Origin: Octopus vulgaris
Lineage: Eukaryota
Direction: 5' to 3'
NCBI GenBank assembly: GCA_951406725.2
Contig: OX597833.1
Coordinates: forward strand, 39,246,001-39,310,000
DNA: 64,000 bases
Both the position numbers and the translations under genes were made by a program. The notes under the pieces are model-generated. The model did no database searches. It saw nothing but the letters and a program-made list of their open reading frames with translations, and had not been told where the DNA came from. Numbering within the stretch: the first letter of the stretch is position 1; the number at the start of each line of letters is the position of its first letter. Below, piece by piece: positions 25,677 to 40,385 of the stretch.

Positions 25677-26064
25677 GAAGAAAGAAAGAAAGGAAGAAAG
25701 ACTATTTAATGATGGCGGATACATCTGGCTGGTTGGCTTCATACATTTTAAACTGCCGTCTTAATTTAATGCTTGCATGAACATAAATATTGATGAATTA
25801 GTAAAAGTAAATAGTTTATTATTGTATAAGAGGAGGATGAATAAAGGTTACTTGGTGGGGTGGGTAGCTTGTGTTGGTGGTGGGGGTGGTATTGGTGGTG
25901 GTGCTGATGTTGATGGTGGTGTTGGTGATGGTGGTGGTGGTGAGATTGCAGAAGTGGTGAGTCTTTACTTGTGGTGTCATGACATGAAGACAATGTTGGC
26001 ACCATACATATTGTAAGTATACCCCAACAGAGAGACAGATAGTTTCAACCTTTGTATGACTGCC

Positions 26065-26878
26065 CAAGGTGCATTCCGGAAGTTTTGAGACTTTTTCAAG
26101 AGAGACATTCATTCGTCTCATAGGAGCACAATGGTCTAATATGCTTCAAAGTAGAATCCTCTGACTTTAATACACTTCTTGTATTGCTCCACCCACTTCA
26201 TGAAGGACCCCAAGGAAGTCCTCTGAAGTGAAAATGTCCAGGACCCTTGCCACAATCTCTTTATTTTCTCCTTCAACATGCCCATCTCTGTCAAATAGTT
26301 GCTTACCAGGATGGAATTATGAGCTCGTGCATTGCCCTGCTGCATTGCCCTGGTGCAGGTACTCTGGCCTTTTGAAATGAAATCTTTACCCTGAACTCTC
26401 CTGAAACCTGCACAAAGTACTCTTTCTTGACCATCTGGCCAGAGTTAACCCAGTGGATATAGATGATGCCCTTGTGGTCAAAGAAGGGAATTGCCATGAG
26501 CTTCCCAATGGCTTGCTTTGCCTGGCCTCTTGTGCCAGTGGAGAACAGATACTCAGCTCATATAAGTTAATCCATAAGCCGTTTGGAGCATTCATAAGTT
26601 TTTGTTGCATTTTTGCCCAGTTTAACACAAAATTTTATTGCATAGCAAGCTTCCAAAATGTCTTCACATCCTGACTGCTTTCTGCAAGGTAGTCAGCTGT
26701 GACAAGCAGCATTTAGTAGGCTATGTTCGAAGTGCTGTTACAGTCATCTCTTTCAATCTAGAATAAGAAAATTTCGCAGGTCAGCTTATTATGATATAAT
26801 GAAATTGCAATGATGTAGGACAGTTAAAATCAGTCTCTCCTAAAAAAAAGTCTCAAAACCTCTGAAATGTAATTTGTA
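26065..26878 (-). mobile_element. Internally deleted Tc1/mariner element
   Basis: TIR-like CAAGGTGCATTCCGGAAGTTTTGAGACTTTT / AAAAGTCTCAAAACCTCTGAAATGTAATTTG; transposase remnants FFDHKGIIYIHWV and QGNARAHNS. Confidence 0.8.
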
Positions 26879-27239
26879 CATCATGAAATAGTTCATGTAA
26901 TACAGCTGTCATCATTGCTCTGGTTACATTATGTTCTTGAAAATCTTGCTGTAATTTAGAATTCCATTATGTGAAGCCTATTTTCCTAATAATTTCCATG
27001 TCTTGGAATTCCATGTAATAACAAGATTTTCAAGAATGCAACATTTGTGTAATTCTGAGGATTTCTGAATATACACCCATTTATCATTTGCTCGTCCTTC
27101 TGTCCCTGGGAGGGTTGTTGGGGTAGATTCTATAGGGTCCTATCAGAAGCAATCATCAATAGATCCTCCAACTGGGACACCAAACATGACCAACTGAGTC
27201 TAATTATAGTAACCAGTCATTGTTCTTGATCTACCCCTA

Positions 27240-28030
27240 GATCTCCTGCTAGTTGACTTGGCTTGAAGAATCCACTTTGTGATTCTCTCCTTGTGACATT
27301 CTGATCACATGACTGTAGCACTGGAACTACGCCCTCTCAATGTGGAGAAGTGACACCTTGATCTGAAGTGCCTCCCTGCACACTCTGTCAAGTATGTATG
27401 TTCATGTGTGTAGGTGTATGTATATACTCCAGAGATCCTTTAGAGGAACCCCATTTTGACAGCTTCTATTCACAGTTGTACCCTTTTAGTTATTACCCAA
27501 CTATCAAGACCATAAGTAAGGATTAGCATGAAAACCGAATTGAAGATAGCAAGTTTGACTTTTTAATCAGCTTCTCTTCTGAGGATTGAATGTTGGAGCT
27601 GGCACCTGTATTTCTAGCATCAAATTCAGCCACCTTTCTTTAATCCCTTGTGAAAATGGCCCCAAAAATACTTACACTTTTCCACCTGTCTCAGTGATGT
27701 TCTTACTAAGATGCAGATCGCACTGGAAAGACTTTCTTAAGAGGACCAATGTCTCAATCTTCGCAGTACTAATTTGCATCCCTGTTTTGCAGCACTCAAC
27801 AACAAACCCTTCAAGTCTATATTTGAGATCACCTTCTGATGAACCAAGTAGCACCATGTCATCTGCAAATATCAGCCTAGTAATCCTTCATCCTTCATCT
27901 GTGATACCACTTCTTCGATGGCTGCATATGTCAATCCAGTTCATAAAAATTATGGAAAAGAAGTGACAATACACTTATCTTCCAAAATCCAACATCCACG
28001 GGGAAAGGTTTCAACATAGGGTTCCTATAT
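27240..28030 (-). pseudogene. RTE-clade LINE reverse transcriptase fragment
   Basis: LLFSIIFMNWI...RITRLIFADDMVLLGSSEGDLKYRLEGFVVECCKTGMQISTAKIETLVL (FADD motif). Confidence 0.8.
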
Positions 28031-29111
28031 AGCAACCATGTCAGTATCCTGCAGATACTTGATAACAGCACCATGCCTATGAATTACTTTTGAAGTCTTT
28101 TTTAAAGAGTCAGATGTTAGTTTATCTGGGAAGAAACAATGCAGTTATTAACAAGAAGTGCTGAAATTAATGCACACAAGATTCCACAGCTCCAGTATCA
28201 TATTCCTTCATAGTCAGTCTGTGAACGTTTTAGCCCAGCCTTGTATGATACACATTAGTTTGGTGTTGGGTATCAAGGCAATTTACCTGTTGAGTGTCAA
28301 GCTTTGCATATTTCTCCACACATTACACTGAGGGTTTACCTAGTGTTGCTGTGCCTTGCACTTCCAAGTAGTTATGAGGGATTCCTGAATGCCTTACAGA
28401 TTGAAGGTTGTGCAGTTTACAACCTAACTCCTTGGAATTCCACTCTGCTCTTAGACACTTTCCGATATCTCAATGTTGCCAGAATGGTTTTTGGAGAAAG
28501 AGATACACAGTCTGGTGAAGTCTGAGAACTGGCAAATGTATTGTGTAGTGACGACAAAGCTACAAGTCAACAGCTATTTATAATGTTAATTTTATTTGCT
28601 GGTTTATTGTCTTGTTTCAGTCATTTTGCTGTCAAACACACATAACTGGGTAGTTATGGGGAATAAGCTCTGATGTGTTTATTAGCCATAATGTAAACAT
28701 GGTGTGTAAGATAATGATAGGGTAGTTCAGTTGATCAAACAACTAGCATATACATTGTCAAAACTGATGGGGGTTCATTAACTTTTTACTTTTACTACAT
28801 GCACATATATAAACACACACACATACTCGCACATATAAATATGTATATGAGTATATATTATATATATACATATATTATATATATGTATACATTTATATAT
28901 ATCAATATATTATATATATATACATGTTATGTGTGTGTGTACATGTGTGTGTGCATGTGTGTGTGTGTACACATACATACATATATGTCACTTAGACATT
29001 ACAACCTGGTGTAGAATTCAATATACATCTGTTTCTGAACAAAGCATTAGTCAAAGACAGAGTAATAATAAGAAAAAAGAGATGACAAAACAATAAATCA
29101 TTATCTTATGG

Positions 29112-29218
29112 ACTTCATTAGCTTACAGTTGTTTCCACTATAAGATGTGGTGGACTTACAGTTGAGTGCCTGAGTAACACCTTACAGCTTCATCAGAGCC
29201 TCAATATGCTAATGAAGT
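29112..29218 (-). ncRNA. Type I hammerhead ribozyme with long stem II
   Basis: Minus strand: GCT-CTGATGA-agCTGTAAG...CTTATAGtg-GAAA-C aact G-TA-AGC; additional 11-bp pairing ACTTCATTAGC/GCTAATGAAGT. Confidence 0.7.
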
Positions 29219-29259
29219 TCTTAAGATAATTGTTTATTCCTTAGTCATCTCTTTTCCCT

Positions 29260-29612
<353 letters not shown>

Positions 29613-30966
29613 TATATATGCATATACACATACATACACAGACAAAGAGACATATATATAATTAAGCTTATATTATGTAGTTTGACAGTATATATTTGTG
29701 CATGCGTGCATGTGTGTGTTTGTGTGCACATGTGTGCATATATTAACCGTTTCCAAATGTGTGTAAACAGTTCTTTGATTCAACACCATACTGCATACTA
29801 CTGAATGTATCTATAAACTTTATGTTTTTTTGCAAACTCTGTTATGTACAGGTAGATGTAGACATCTTTATCTTTATACACAATATCTCAATATCTTGCA
29901 TGAAGAGAAAAAGTGAGCTCTGTCAGATTAATTTCAATCATATCTTGAGATTTCATCAGTTACTGTGAATCCTATTTAGATGTCCACAGTTACTACTTAA
30001 ACACTAATTCTACTTCTAAACCCACTATTACAAAGGACTTAATTAAATTGGATTGATCAGGTTTGTATACATAACACATTCTTGAAAGCTCATTCAATTA
30101 ATGGCTTAAAGATGCATTAATAGTGTTATGTTTAAATATTATGCTGTTCTATGTAATATATCTATAGATTTCTTTTTTGCTAATACTGTATGTATTAAGC
30201 AGATGTAAGCATATAGTGTCTTTCTATATAATAACTTCAGTGACTAAAAAAACCCAACTGAATGTAATCTGACTGATTCTCATACAACACCTATTTATTT
30301 TTGTTTATGATGAAATTGTATTTAGGGATGAAATGTGTGTGTTATGTATGTGTTTATGTATATGTATATATACTCTAATGTTAAATCGTCCAAAATAGAG
30401 ATGAGATTCAGCGTTCCCATGTGGTACATTTGAACAATTGTAAAGATCTTTTGTTACATGAAACCACTGGTAGCCTTGTTAACCCACAAATAAAGTATAT
30501 ATACTTTCCTTTCGAGCGTTGGGCTTCACATAGGCAAAGTGGCTGAGTTCCTTTTGAGTGTTGGGCTTTATGGAAGCAAAGTGGCTGAGATCCTTTTGAG
30601 TGTTGGGCCTCACGGAGGCAAAGTGACTAAGTTTCTTTGTTGGGCCCCACAACAGCAATGACTGAGACCTTTGGCATTATGTTATGCTTGAGAAGAAGAC
30701 CCACCAGGCCGAGCAAAATCACAGTCATGGCACATAAAAACACCTTGGTGTCATGCAAATGGCACCTGTGCTGGTGACACATAAAAGCACTCTGATTGTT
30801 GTTGTTTGACAGTCATCATTTGTAGCGATCATTGTTTTTGTCTTTTCCTCACAGATTCTCAAGCTAATCTTTTTCTCCATTTTGTGTTAGTTCTAATGTA
30901 AGATGTGTCTTTAGTAAGCAAAACAATGTCATCTCCAAAGTTTAAGTCTTTCAGCCTAGTCTGTAG

Positions 30967-31355
30967 TTACCTCCGCCAAGGAAGGAGGTTATGTTTCCAT
31001 CAGCGTTGGTTTGTCCGTCTGTGTGCAAAATAACTCAAACAGTTGTAAACAGTATTTGATGAAACTTGCAGAAAAATTGGTAATGACACAAGGAACTGAT
31101 GATTAAATTTTGGTAGTGATCCAGGAATTTTTATGGATTCTTGAAGGATTTTTCATTTTTCATTTGCATGAAGTATTACAATGTTAGGATCTTTGATTAT
31201 CTTCCTTGATAACATGTTAATCATTTCCACGTAACCTATGGTGGTGTTGCTGTTTCCAAAGTTTATTTTCGTTTCTCTATTAGTAATTTTACTTGTGAAT
31301 CTATCTTAAAATGAGCTGTTTGGTGGAGGTCTGCGCTCTCCGAGTGCTTTTCTAG
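30967..31355 (+). mobile_element. Non-autonomous Helentron (HINE/DINE-1-like) element
   Basis: 5' TTACCTCCGCCAAG, subterminal IR TTGGTGGAGGT, 3' hairpin GCGCTC-tcc-GAGTGC, then TTTTCTAG followed by a T run; GTCC/GTCT microsatellite near the 5' end. Confidence 0.75.
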
Positions 31356-32257
31356 TTTTCATGGTATTCCTTCATCAGGTATGTTTGTTTTTTTCTGTAG
31401 GACACCGTCTATTGCCAGTAAGAACAGTAGAGGGTGACAGAATGTTCCCTTGTTCTCTCTCCAGTAACAATATTGAAGATGCCTGTTTTTCTTGTTTCCA
31501 TTTGACCACAGCATTGCAAGTTTGAGTAAAATTCCTTAAAGATATTGACAAAGCATGATGATATCATAGTGCAAGGCTTAAAAACAAAAAGTAAATACTG
31601 GGTAAAATTTCTCCAAGTCAGTGTCCCAGCATGACTGCAGTCTAATGATTGAATCAAGTAAAAGATAAAATATAAATTATTGTTTTTGCCATCTTCGCAG
31701 TTTTCTTATTCCAGTCCATCTCATCTCACCGATTCCCATGATGTCAAGTTGGACTCCTTGAATTCCCTCATAAATAGACTTTATGATTGGATTTCTTATG
31801 CTGCTTCGGTATCTGTCCCTGTTTTATTAAGTTGTATTGCTGGTCCAACAACTTATCTTTTTCATTTTTTCCTGGGATTAAGATCAGCATGCAAGGATGC
31901 ACATGCCAAAGTGGAGTTAAATATATGTACCATATTATATTGTATTATGTTATATACATATATATTGTATGCAATATATTCATATACATAAGTGCGAGAG
32001 TGGCTGTGTTGTAAGAAGTTTACTTCCCAACCATATGGTTCTGGGTTCAGTCCCACTGCATGGCACCTTGTGCAAGTGTCTTCTACTAAAGTGTTCTGCT
32101 AACCATAGACTTGTGAATGGATTTGGTAGACAGAAACTGAAAGAAGCTTGTCATATATTCATTTATATATATATATATACTAAAGGTAAGTAATGAGAGA
32201 GAGTCCACATATATATCTAGCGTTAGAGTGACCACATGTGGACTCTCTCTCATTACT

Positions 32258-32311
<54 letters not shown>

Positions 32312-32317
32312 GTGTTG

Positions 32318-32705
32318 GAGTGTTTGTGTGGTAAGTAGCTTGCTTACAAACCACATGGTTCCGGGTTCAGTCTCACTACGTGGCACCTTGGGCAAGTGTC
32401 TTCTACTATAGCCTCGAGCTGACCAAAGCATTGTGTGTGGATTTGGTAGATGGAAACTGAATGAAGCCCATCGTATATATATATATATATATGTATATGT
32501 ATGTATATGTTTGTGTGTCTGTATTTGTCTTCCCAACATTGTTTGACAACCGATGTGGGTGTGTTTAGGTCCCAGTCACTTAGTGATTTGGCAAAAGAGA
32601 CTGATAGAATAAGTACTAGGCTTACAAAGAATAAGTCCTGGGGTCGATTTTCTTGACTAAAGGCAGTGCTCCTCCATGGACAGTCACATGACTGAAACAA
32701 GTAAG
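32318..32705 (+). mobile_element. SINE family A
   Basis: Colinear with 6009-6400. Confidence 0.85.
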
Positions 32706-32876
32706 AGAATATAGTTAAAAAAGTAAATAAAGTCAGAAAAGGCATAGAAGTATATTTTAGAGAATGTTAAATATTTTTGTTTCTGTGAGTGATTTCAAAT
32801 ATAATTGGTTTCAATGTATCCGTCTTATCAAATATTAGAAAGAATTTTTTGGAAGTCAGAGAGAATGAAAATTCCT

Positions 32877-33320
32877 TGAGGTCTAACATGCATGCATGTG
32901 TGTGTGTGTGTGTGTGCGTGTGTGTGTATGTGAGCATGTGCATGTGTATGTATGTGTGTGTGTGTGTGTTTGTCCCTCCTTGCCAATTCTTGACAACTGG
33001 TGTCAGTGTGTTTACATCCCAGTAACTTAGCAATTTGGCAAAGGGATCTGATAGAATAAGTACCAGGTTTAAAAAGATAAAAGTACTGGAGTTGATTCTT
33101 AAAGGCAGTGTTCCAGCATGGCCACAGTCTAATGACTGAAACAAGTAAAAGATAAATGATATATATATTATATTATATTATATTATTGACAAAGCATGAT
33201 GGTATCATAGTGCAAGGCTTAAAAACAAAAAATAATACTGGGTAAAATTTCTCCAAGCTAGTGCTCCAGCATGACCACAGTCTAATTACTGAATCACGTA
33301 AAGGATAAAAGATAAATTAT

Positions 33321-33360
<40 letters not shown>

Positions 33361-33740
33361 CTAAAATTTAAGATTTAAAAGTTAGCACACGGCATAAGGA
33401 TGTAGAAACAGCATTGACTTGTTTAGAAATAGAAGCTAAATCCCTAATATTCAACTGCTGGAAGGCACCAAATAACAGAAAAACCACAGTAGGTGAGGAA
33501 ACAGTCAAAGAATCAAGATATTAAAAAAGTATACTTTTAAAGAATATGCCCTTCAATTCTTTAAATGTATGCTTTTTATTGTCTTGATTCTGTGACCGTT
33601 TCCTCATCTACTGTTGTTTTTTCTGTTATTTGGTGCCTTCCAGCAGCTGAATATTAGGGATTTAGCTTCTATTTCTAAACAAGTCAATGCTGTTTCTACA
33701 TCCTTATGCCGTGTGCTAACTTTTAAATCTTAAATTTTAG

Positions 33741-33780
<40 letters not shown>

Positions 33781-34224
33781 ATAATTTATCTTTTATCCTT
33801 TACGTGATTCAGTAATTAGACTGTGGTCATGCTGGAGCACTAGCTTGGAGAAATTTTACCCAGTATTATTTTTTGTTTTTAAGCCTTGCACTATGATACC
33901 ATCATGCTTTGTCAATAATATAATATAATATAATATATATATCATTTATCTTTTACTTGTTTCAGTCATTAGACTGTGGCCATGCTGGAACACTGCCTTT
34001 AAGAATCAACTCCAGTACTTTTATCTTTTTAAACCTGGTACTTATTCTATCAGATCCCTTTTGCCAAATTGCTAAGTTACTGGGATGTAAACACACTGAC
34101 ACCAGTTGTCAAGAATTGGCAAGGGAGGGACAAACACACACACACACACATACATACACATGCACATGCTCACATACACACACACGCACACACACACACA
34201 CACATGCATGCATGTTAGACCTCA
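32877..34224. repeat. 1.35-kb palindrome (arms ~670 bp, spacer ~10 bp)
   Basis: 32877-33545 is the reverse complement of 33556-34224; outer part near-identical, inner ~80 bp diverged. Confidence 0.92.
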
Positions 34225-34324
34225 TACATATATATATATATATATATATGCATGTTAGACCTCATACATATATATATATATATGCATGTTAGACCTCATA
34301 CATATATATATGCATGTTAGACCT

Positions 34325-34363
<39 letters not shown>

Positions 34364-34390
34364 TCATATATATATAAATATATATATATA

Positions 34391-34433
<43 letters not shown>

Positions 34434-34442
34434 TTATATTTA

Positions 34443-34480
<38 letters not shown>

Positions 34481-34489
34481 TAAATATAA

Positions 34490-34529
<40 letters not shown>

Positions 34530-34558
34530 TATATATATATATATTTATATATATATGA

Positions 34559-34615
<57 letters not shown>
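34325..34615. repeat. Palindromic interrupted (TA)n tract
   Basis: Interruptions TGTATTTATATTTATGAAT / ATTCATAAATATAAATACA mirror each other around ~34460. Confidence 0.75.
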
Positions 34616-34616
<1 letters not shown>

Positions 34617-35930
34617 TAAACATACACACACACACATGATATAATGATGGGTGCTGGAGTAGAAACAAACCCCAACATTCGCAACATGTAGAATATTTTC
34701 GTAGTGGACTTGTTTTTCTACTTGCTTTTGCTGTTTTGTTGTTGATGTTCAGTTTTTGCATTTCTGTGACATGGCAAGATAATACACTGTTAATGGACTT
34801 ACCTAGAGCAAACACCCTTATAGGTATGATCATGGTATCACATGTTTGCTGTGTTAGGAAAGCTTTGAGATCTATCTAGAAAGGGTACCATACATACACA
34901 CGCACACACACATACACTCACAAACAGGTCCATACATATGGACATGTGCATGCATGCATATACACAGATCCTCAGACATAGACACAAATACGCACAAAGA
35001 CTCACACAGACCTACGCAAATGTCCACAGAGTAGAGTTTGCTGAGAATATCTTGACCTATTCATTAGATGCAACAGATTGTGCTGTTGCACAAATAGCTG
35101 CACAGATAGATGAATTGAGTCAATTAAGTTGTGTTTGACTGTGAGAAATACTTCTTAGTAATGTGAGTTCTGTCTGTTTGCTCTCTTTTAAGTTCAGGTC
35201 CCTTCTACAATCTAAGGTTTCGTTTTTTTTAATCACTCTTGTTAAATGGATGTAAGGCATCCATATTTATTTACACTGATCAACATTACACATACACACA
35301 CATACACATGCACACACACATACTACACACATGCACACACACATACTACACACACACACACACACATATACACATAAAGGATTTCATTGTCTTCTTATTT
35401 GGATTGTGTATATATAAAAACATATATATATATATATATATATGTTTGTGTGTGGAGGCGCAATGGCCCAGTGGTTAGGGTAGCGGACTTGAGGTCGGAG
35501 GATTGCGGTTTCAATTCCCAGACCGGCCGTTGTGTGTTTATTGAGAGAAAACACCAAAATAGCTCCACGAGGCTCTGGCAGGGGGTGGTGGCAACCCCTG
35601 TTGTACTCTTTCACCCCAACTTTCTATCACTCTTTCTTCCTTTTCTTGGGTAATGCTGCGATGGCGTCCCATCCAGCTGGGGGGAATACATATACCACAG
35701 AAACCAGGAAACTGGGCCCATGAGCCTGACTAGGTTTGAAAAGGGTTCATAAATAATAAATATATTAAAAAGGGCAAGGCCTGTTTAATATATACTGCTT
35801 TGCATCTTAAAGTGTCCTTCATCTTTCGGATTTGTTTTTTACAAATGATATATATATATAAATACATGTATCTGTGTGTAAACATGTGTATGTGTCTGTT
35901 TGTATTTATGTGTGTTCATCTTTGTATGCA

Positions 35931-35970
<40 letters not shown>

Positions 35971-35986
35971 CATATATATCCATTTA

Positions 35987-36362
35987 TTCTTTTACTTGTT
36001 TCAGTCATTTGACTGCAGCCATGCTGGAGCACCACCTTTAGTTGAAGAAATCGACTCCAGGACTTATTCTTTGTAAGCCAAGTACTTATTTTATCAGTCG
36101 CTTTTGCTGAACCGCTAAGATACAGGGACATAAACACATGAACATTGGGTGTTGAGTGATGGCGGGGAGGGGGACAAACATAGACGCACAAACACACACA
36201 CACACACACACAAACACATATATATATATACACACACACATGCGACAGGCTTCTTTCAGTTTCTGTCTACCAAATCCACTCATAAGGCTTTGGTCGGCCT
36301 GAGGCTATAGTAAAACGCACTTGCCCAAGGTGCCACGCAGTGGGACTGAACCTGGAACCATG
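35987..36362 (-). mobile_element. SINE family A
   Basis: Reverse complement of 6009-6400. Confidence 0.85.
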
Positions 36363-37009
36363 TTATGATCATTTCATCTTCATTCAGGAACCTCATCTCT
36401 AAGACTACATGTCTCATGTGTCCTTACCTTTTCTTTAGGCAGGAAGCTGAGATTTGGCAAAGCACATGGCTCAGTGGTTAGGACATTCGGCTCACAGTTG
36501 AAAGATTGTCTGTTCAATTCTCAGCAGTGCATTGTGTCCTTGAGCAAGACACTTTATTTCACATTGCTCCAGTCCACTCAGCTGACAACAACGAGTTGTA
36601 CCTATCATTCAAAGGCCCATCTTTGTCACATTCTGTGTCACACGGAATCTCCCTGAGAATTATGTTAAGGGTACATGTGTCTTTGGAATACTCAGCCACT
36701 TGCATGTTAACTTCATGAGCAGGCTATTCCATTCATCAGATCAACTGGAACACTCATTGTCATTACTGAAAGAGTGCCAGTTAGGCTGAGATCTGAAACT
36801 GATTCGGGTGCTATTTCTCGCAGATAAACCATATAGAGGCTGGTTCATAATTATTTAGATCCTGGTTAGCTATGATCAAGCAGACCTATGATCAAAGGCA
36901 TTTCAGTTGCAACCATTTTGTCTTTTTATATCCCTGGCATTATATTACACACAGAAAATCTATCATTGCTTAGTTTTGTTGTTGTTGTTGTTGGCAGTAG
37001 CGCTGAGGG

Positions 37010-37040
<31 letters not shown>

Positions 37041-37289
37041 GGGGGTAATGGTTGTCATCATGGTGTTATGACCAAAATCCCAAAATACTGCCTGAAGAAA
37101 TACTAGCCAGAAAACAATCTCAGTTAAGACACGATGCCACAGAAAAACAGAAGGAATAACAGAAAGAACAGAAAAGAAAGAGATTAATGTATAGCAAAAC
37201 AAAAATAAAAGAAAATAGAAATAAAACTAGAATAAAGAAAATAAATAAACAGATAAATATATAAACAGTTGTAATAAACAAATAGTAAA

Positions 37290-37442
37290 ATAATGATAAT
37301 AATAATAACAATACCAATAATAATAATAATAATAATAATAATCATAATAATAATAATAATGATAACAGCAACAATAATAAAAATAATAATAATAACAATA
37401 ACAATAACAATAATAATAATAATAATGATGATGATGATGATG

Positions 37443-37498
<56 letters not shown>

Positions 37499-37553
37499 GA
37501 TAACAGCAACAATAATAAAAATAATCATAATAACAATAACAATAATAATGATG

Positions 37554-37614
<61 letters not shown>

Positions 37615-37679
37615 CAGCAACAATAATAAAAATAATCATAATAACAATAGCAATAATAATAATAATGATGATGATGATG

Positions 37680-37715
<36 letters not shown>

Positions 37716-37760
37716 GCAACAATAATAAAAATAATCATAATAACAATAATAATAATAAGA

Positions 37761-37827
<67 letters not shown>

Positions 37828-37828
37828 C

Positions 37829-37870
<42 letters not shown>

Positions 37871-37886
37871 AATAATAATAATAATT
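37290..37886. repeat. (AAT)n/(GAT)n array with a ~120-bp higher-order period
   Basis: ATAACAGCAACAATAATAAAAATAAT recurs at ~37362, 37500, 37611, 37710. Confidence 0.9.
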
Positions 37887-38111
37887 CATGTGGACATTTC
37901 AAATGTAACTTGCAACTGTCAGAAAAATTTCCATGATGATGATGAATGATGAAATAATTGACTTTGGTATATAACCAATAATGGTAATAGTTAAACTATA
38001 TGGCAGAGAAGATGTAGATGTTTCTGGATTTCTTTTGTATCTTCCTACTTATAAATTATTACACTACTGCTATTTCTCCCTCTTTTATTCTCTTTCTCTC
38101 TCTCTCTCTCG

Positions 38112-38193
<82 letters not shown>

Positions 38194-38549
38194 ATATGTA
38201 TATATATTTCTATGTGTGTGTGTATATATATATATATACACACACACACATATAGACACACACACACAGACACATACGTACCCACACATACATTTATATA
38301 TCCATCTGTTTCTCATCCTTTCTGGTTATCTTTCTAATCTTGTTAAGAATCCAAATTGTGTCCACTCCACCTTTTCCCCATTTGCCAGGGAGATCAGAAC
38401 CAGATTAACCAATCAAAAGTTTCTTTTGCAAGAAGCAGGGACTGAATCAAGGGAAATATAGCTGCTATTTTTAGCAGGTCGACTAAACCACTGCATTGTG
38501 GCCCCACCATTGTTCCAGTTATATATATATATATATATATATAATAAAA

Positions 38550-38882
38550 TATTAGGGAATAAATCCAAACTTACAGGGAAAAATCAGATTTAGGATTGAA
38601 TCCAATTTTATAGTAAAATATTATATTATATTAAATTAGAGAGAAAACTACTATTAGGCAAATCAAACAATGAAAAACTTAAACCAATACATAAAATTAA
38701 TTAATTTATATTATTTTAAATATATATCAAAATTATTAAAAGTTTAATAAAAGATAATATCTTTTATTAAACTTTTAATAATTTTGATATATATTTAAAA
38801 TAATATAAATTAATTAATTTTATGTATTGGTTTAAGTTTTTCATTGTTTGATTTGCCTAATAGTGGTTTTATCTCTAATTTA

Positions 38883-38892
<10 letters not shown>
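38550..38892. mobile_element. PLE-end-like element folded into a palindrome between (TA)n tracts
   Basis: 38620-38755 is the reverse complement of 38759-38892; left part matches 20851-21000. Confidence 0.8.
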
Positions 38893-38949
<57 letters not shown>

Positions 38950-38950
<1 letters not shown>

Positions 38951-39420
38951 CTGCACATTTTCTGATTTTTATTCAAATTGTATGGTACCCATTTGTAGAG
39001 ATTTTTGATTTTTCCGATCACATGCAAATGGTTGCAGGCTGCTTTTTGGCTAACTTGAAGTTCTTTTGCCAGTTCTCAGGTGGTTTTATGTGGATCTTTC
39101 TTAACGACGGTCTTTAATTGACACTCTTCAATGACAGATGGGCATCCACTATACTCACGATCTTCAAGGCTCAGGTCTCCACAGTGAAATCATTTAAACT
39201 ATTTTCGAGCTGACCACTCACTAGCCATTTCTTCACCAAATGTTTCGTTGATATTGTGAGGAGTTTCAGCTGCTTTGCGTCCTTTTTGAAGCTGAATAGC
39301 AAAATTGCTCGAATATTGTGCTTTGACAGTTCAATTTCAGATGATTGTAACAATGGTGAAAAAATATCAATGTTAATTTATTGATGCATTGGGGTAAGTC
39401 TATGTCTGTATTATCAGACA
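38950..39420 (-). pseudogene. Mariner transposase N-terminal fragment
   Basis: ELSKHNIRAILLFSFK plus frameshifted remnants of the HTH and SGRP regions. Confidence 0.7.
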
Positions 39421-39915
39421 ATTGCAAAAAAAAAAAAATGTTTACAAAAAATTCAAAACTCTGCAAAATTCCGGTACAAATTCTTCATGGTTTAAAACGT
39501 TACCTACTTTTTACTCAACCCGAAAGAAGACACTTCAGTGGGACTGATCTAAAAACCACACAGTTGGAAAGTGAGCACTTCTTAATCATGCAACCATGTC
39601 TGTCTTATTTCCAAATCTGTTCTATATCATTCTGTTTGTGTATACACAAATCAAAGAAGAAGAAAAAGAAGAAGGACATGAACAAATAAACAATATGAGA
39701 AACAAACATGTTTTCATCTTTTTGTTATTTTTTCTTTGACTCTATTTATACGTTGATTTTGTTTTTGATTTTTTTTCTTTCTGGATCCTTTCTTATCTTT
39801 GTGTTTGGTTTGTCCTCTTCTGCCAAATTTGATGGATATACTGTTGGTTAACAAATATCTTTAATGGGTGAGTGATGGATGTCTTTTTCTATGTGGCTAT
39901 GCATGCATGTGTGTG

Positions 39916-39948
<33 letters not shown>

Positions 39949-40149
39949 TGTGTAACAAATGGTTGCTAGTTTGTTTTATGTGATTGCTTCTAGTTACGCA
40001 ATATGGTAATACAGTACAAAGATGGAAAGAAATACTTGTGTTTATAAATTAGGAATGATGATAATAATAACAATGAGGATGACCATAAAATAATAATGAT
40101 GATGATGATAATAATAATAATAATGATAATAATAATAATAATAATGATG

Positions 40150-40207
<58 letters not shown>

Positions 40208-40244
40208 TAATAATGATAATAATAATAATGATAATGTTAATAAA

Positions 40245-40385
40245 TGCGTTCTTATCGACATATACCAACAGAAAACAATGGAGAAATGGAGAAATTCTCA
40301 AAATACAAAGATCTTGAAATAAAGATAATCCAAATGTGGAGCCTAAAAGCAGAAACAATTTCTATAATAATTGGTGCATCAGATA
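40245..40385 (+). pseudogene. R4/Dong-like RLE C-terminal fragment after (AAT)n
   Basis: EKFSKYKDLEIKIIQMWSLKAETISIIIGA. Confidence 0.7.

Noticed and set aside
31355-31385. Half hammerhead (CTGATGA-aGGaataCCat-GAAA, minus strand) next to the Helentron end
   Set aside because: Rejoining the flanks does not restore the UH triplet or stem I
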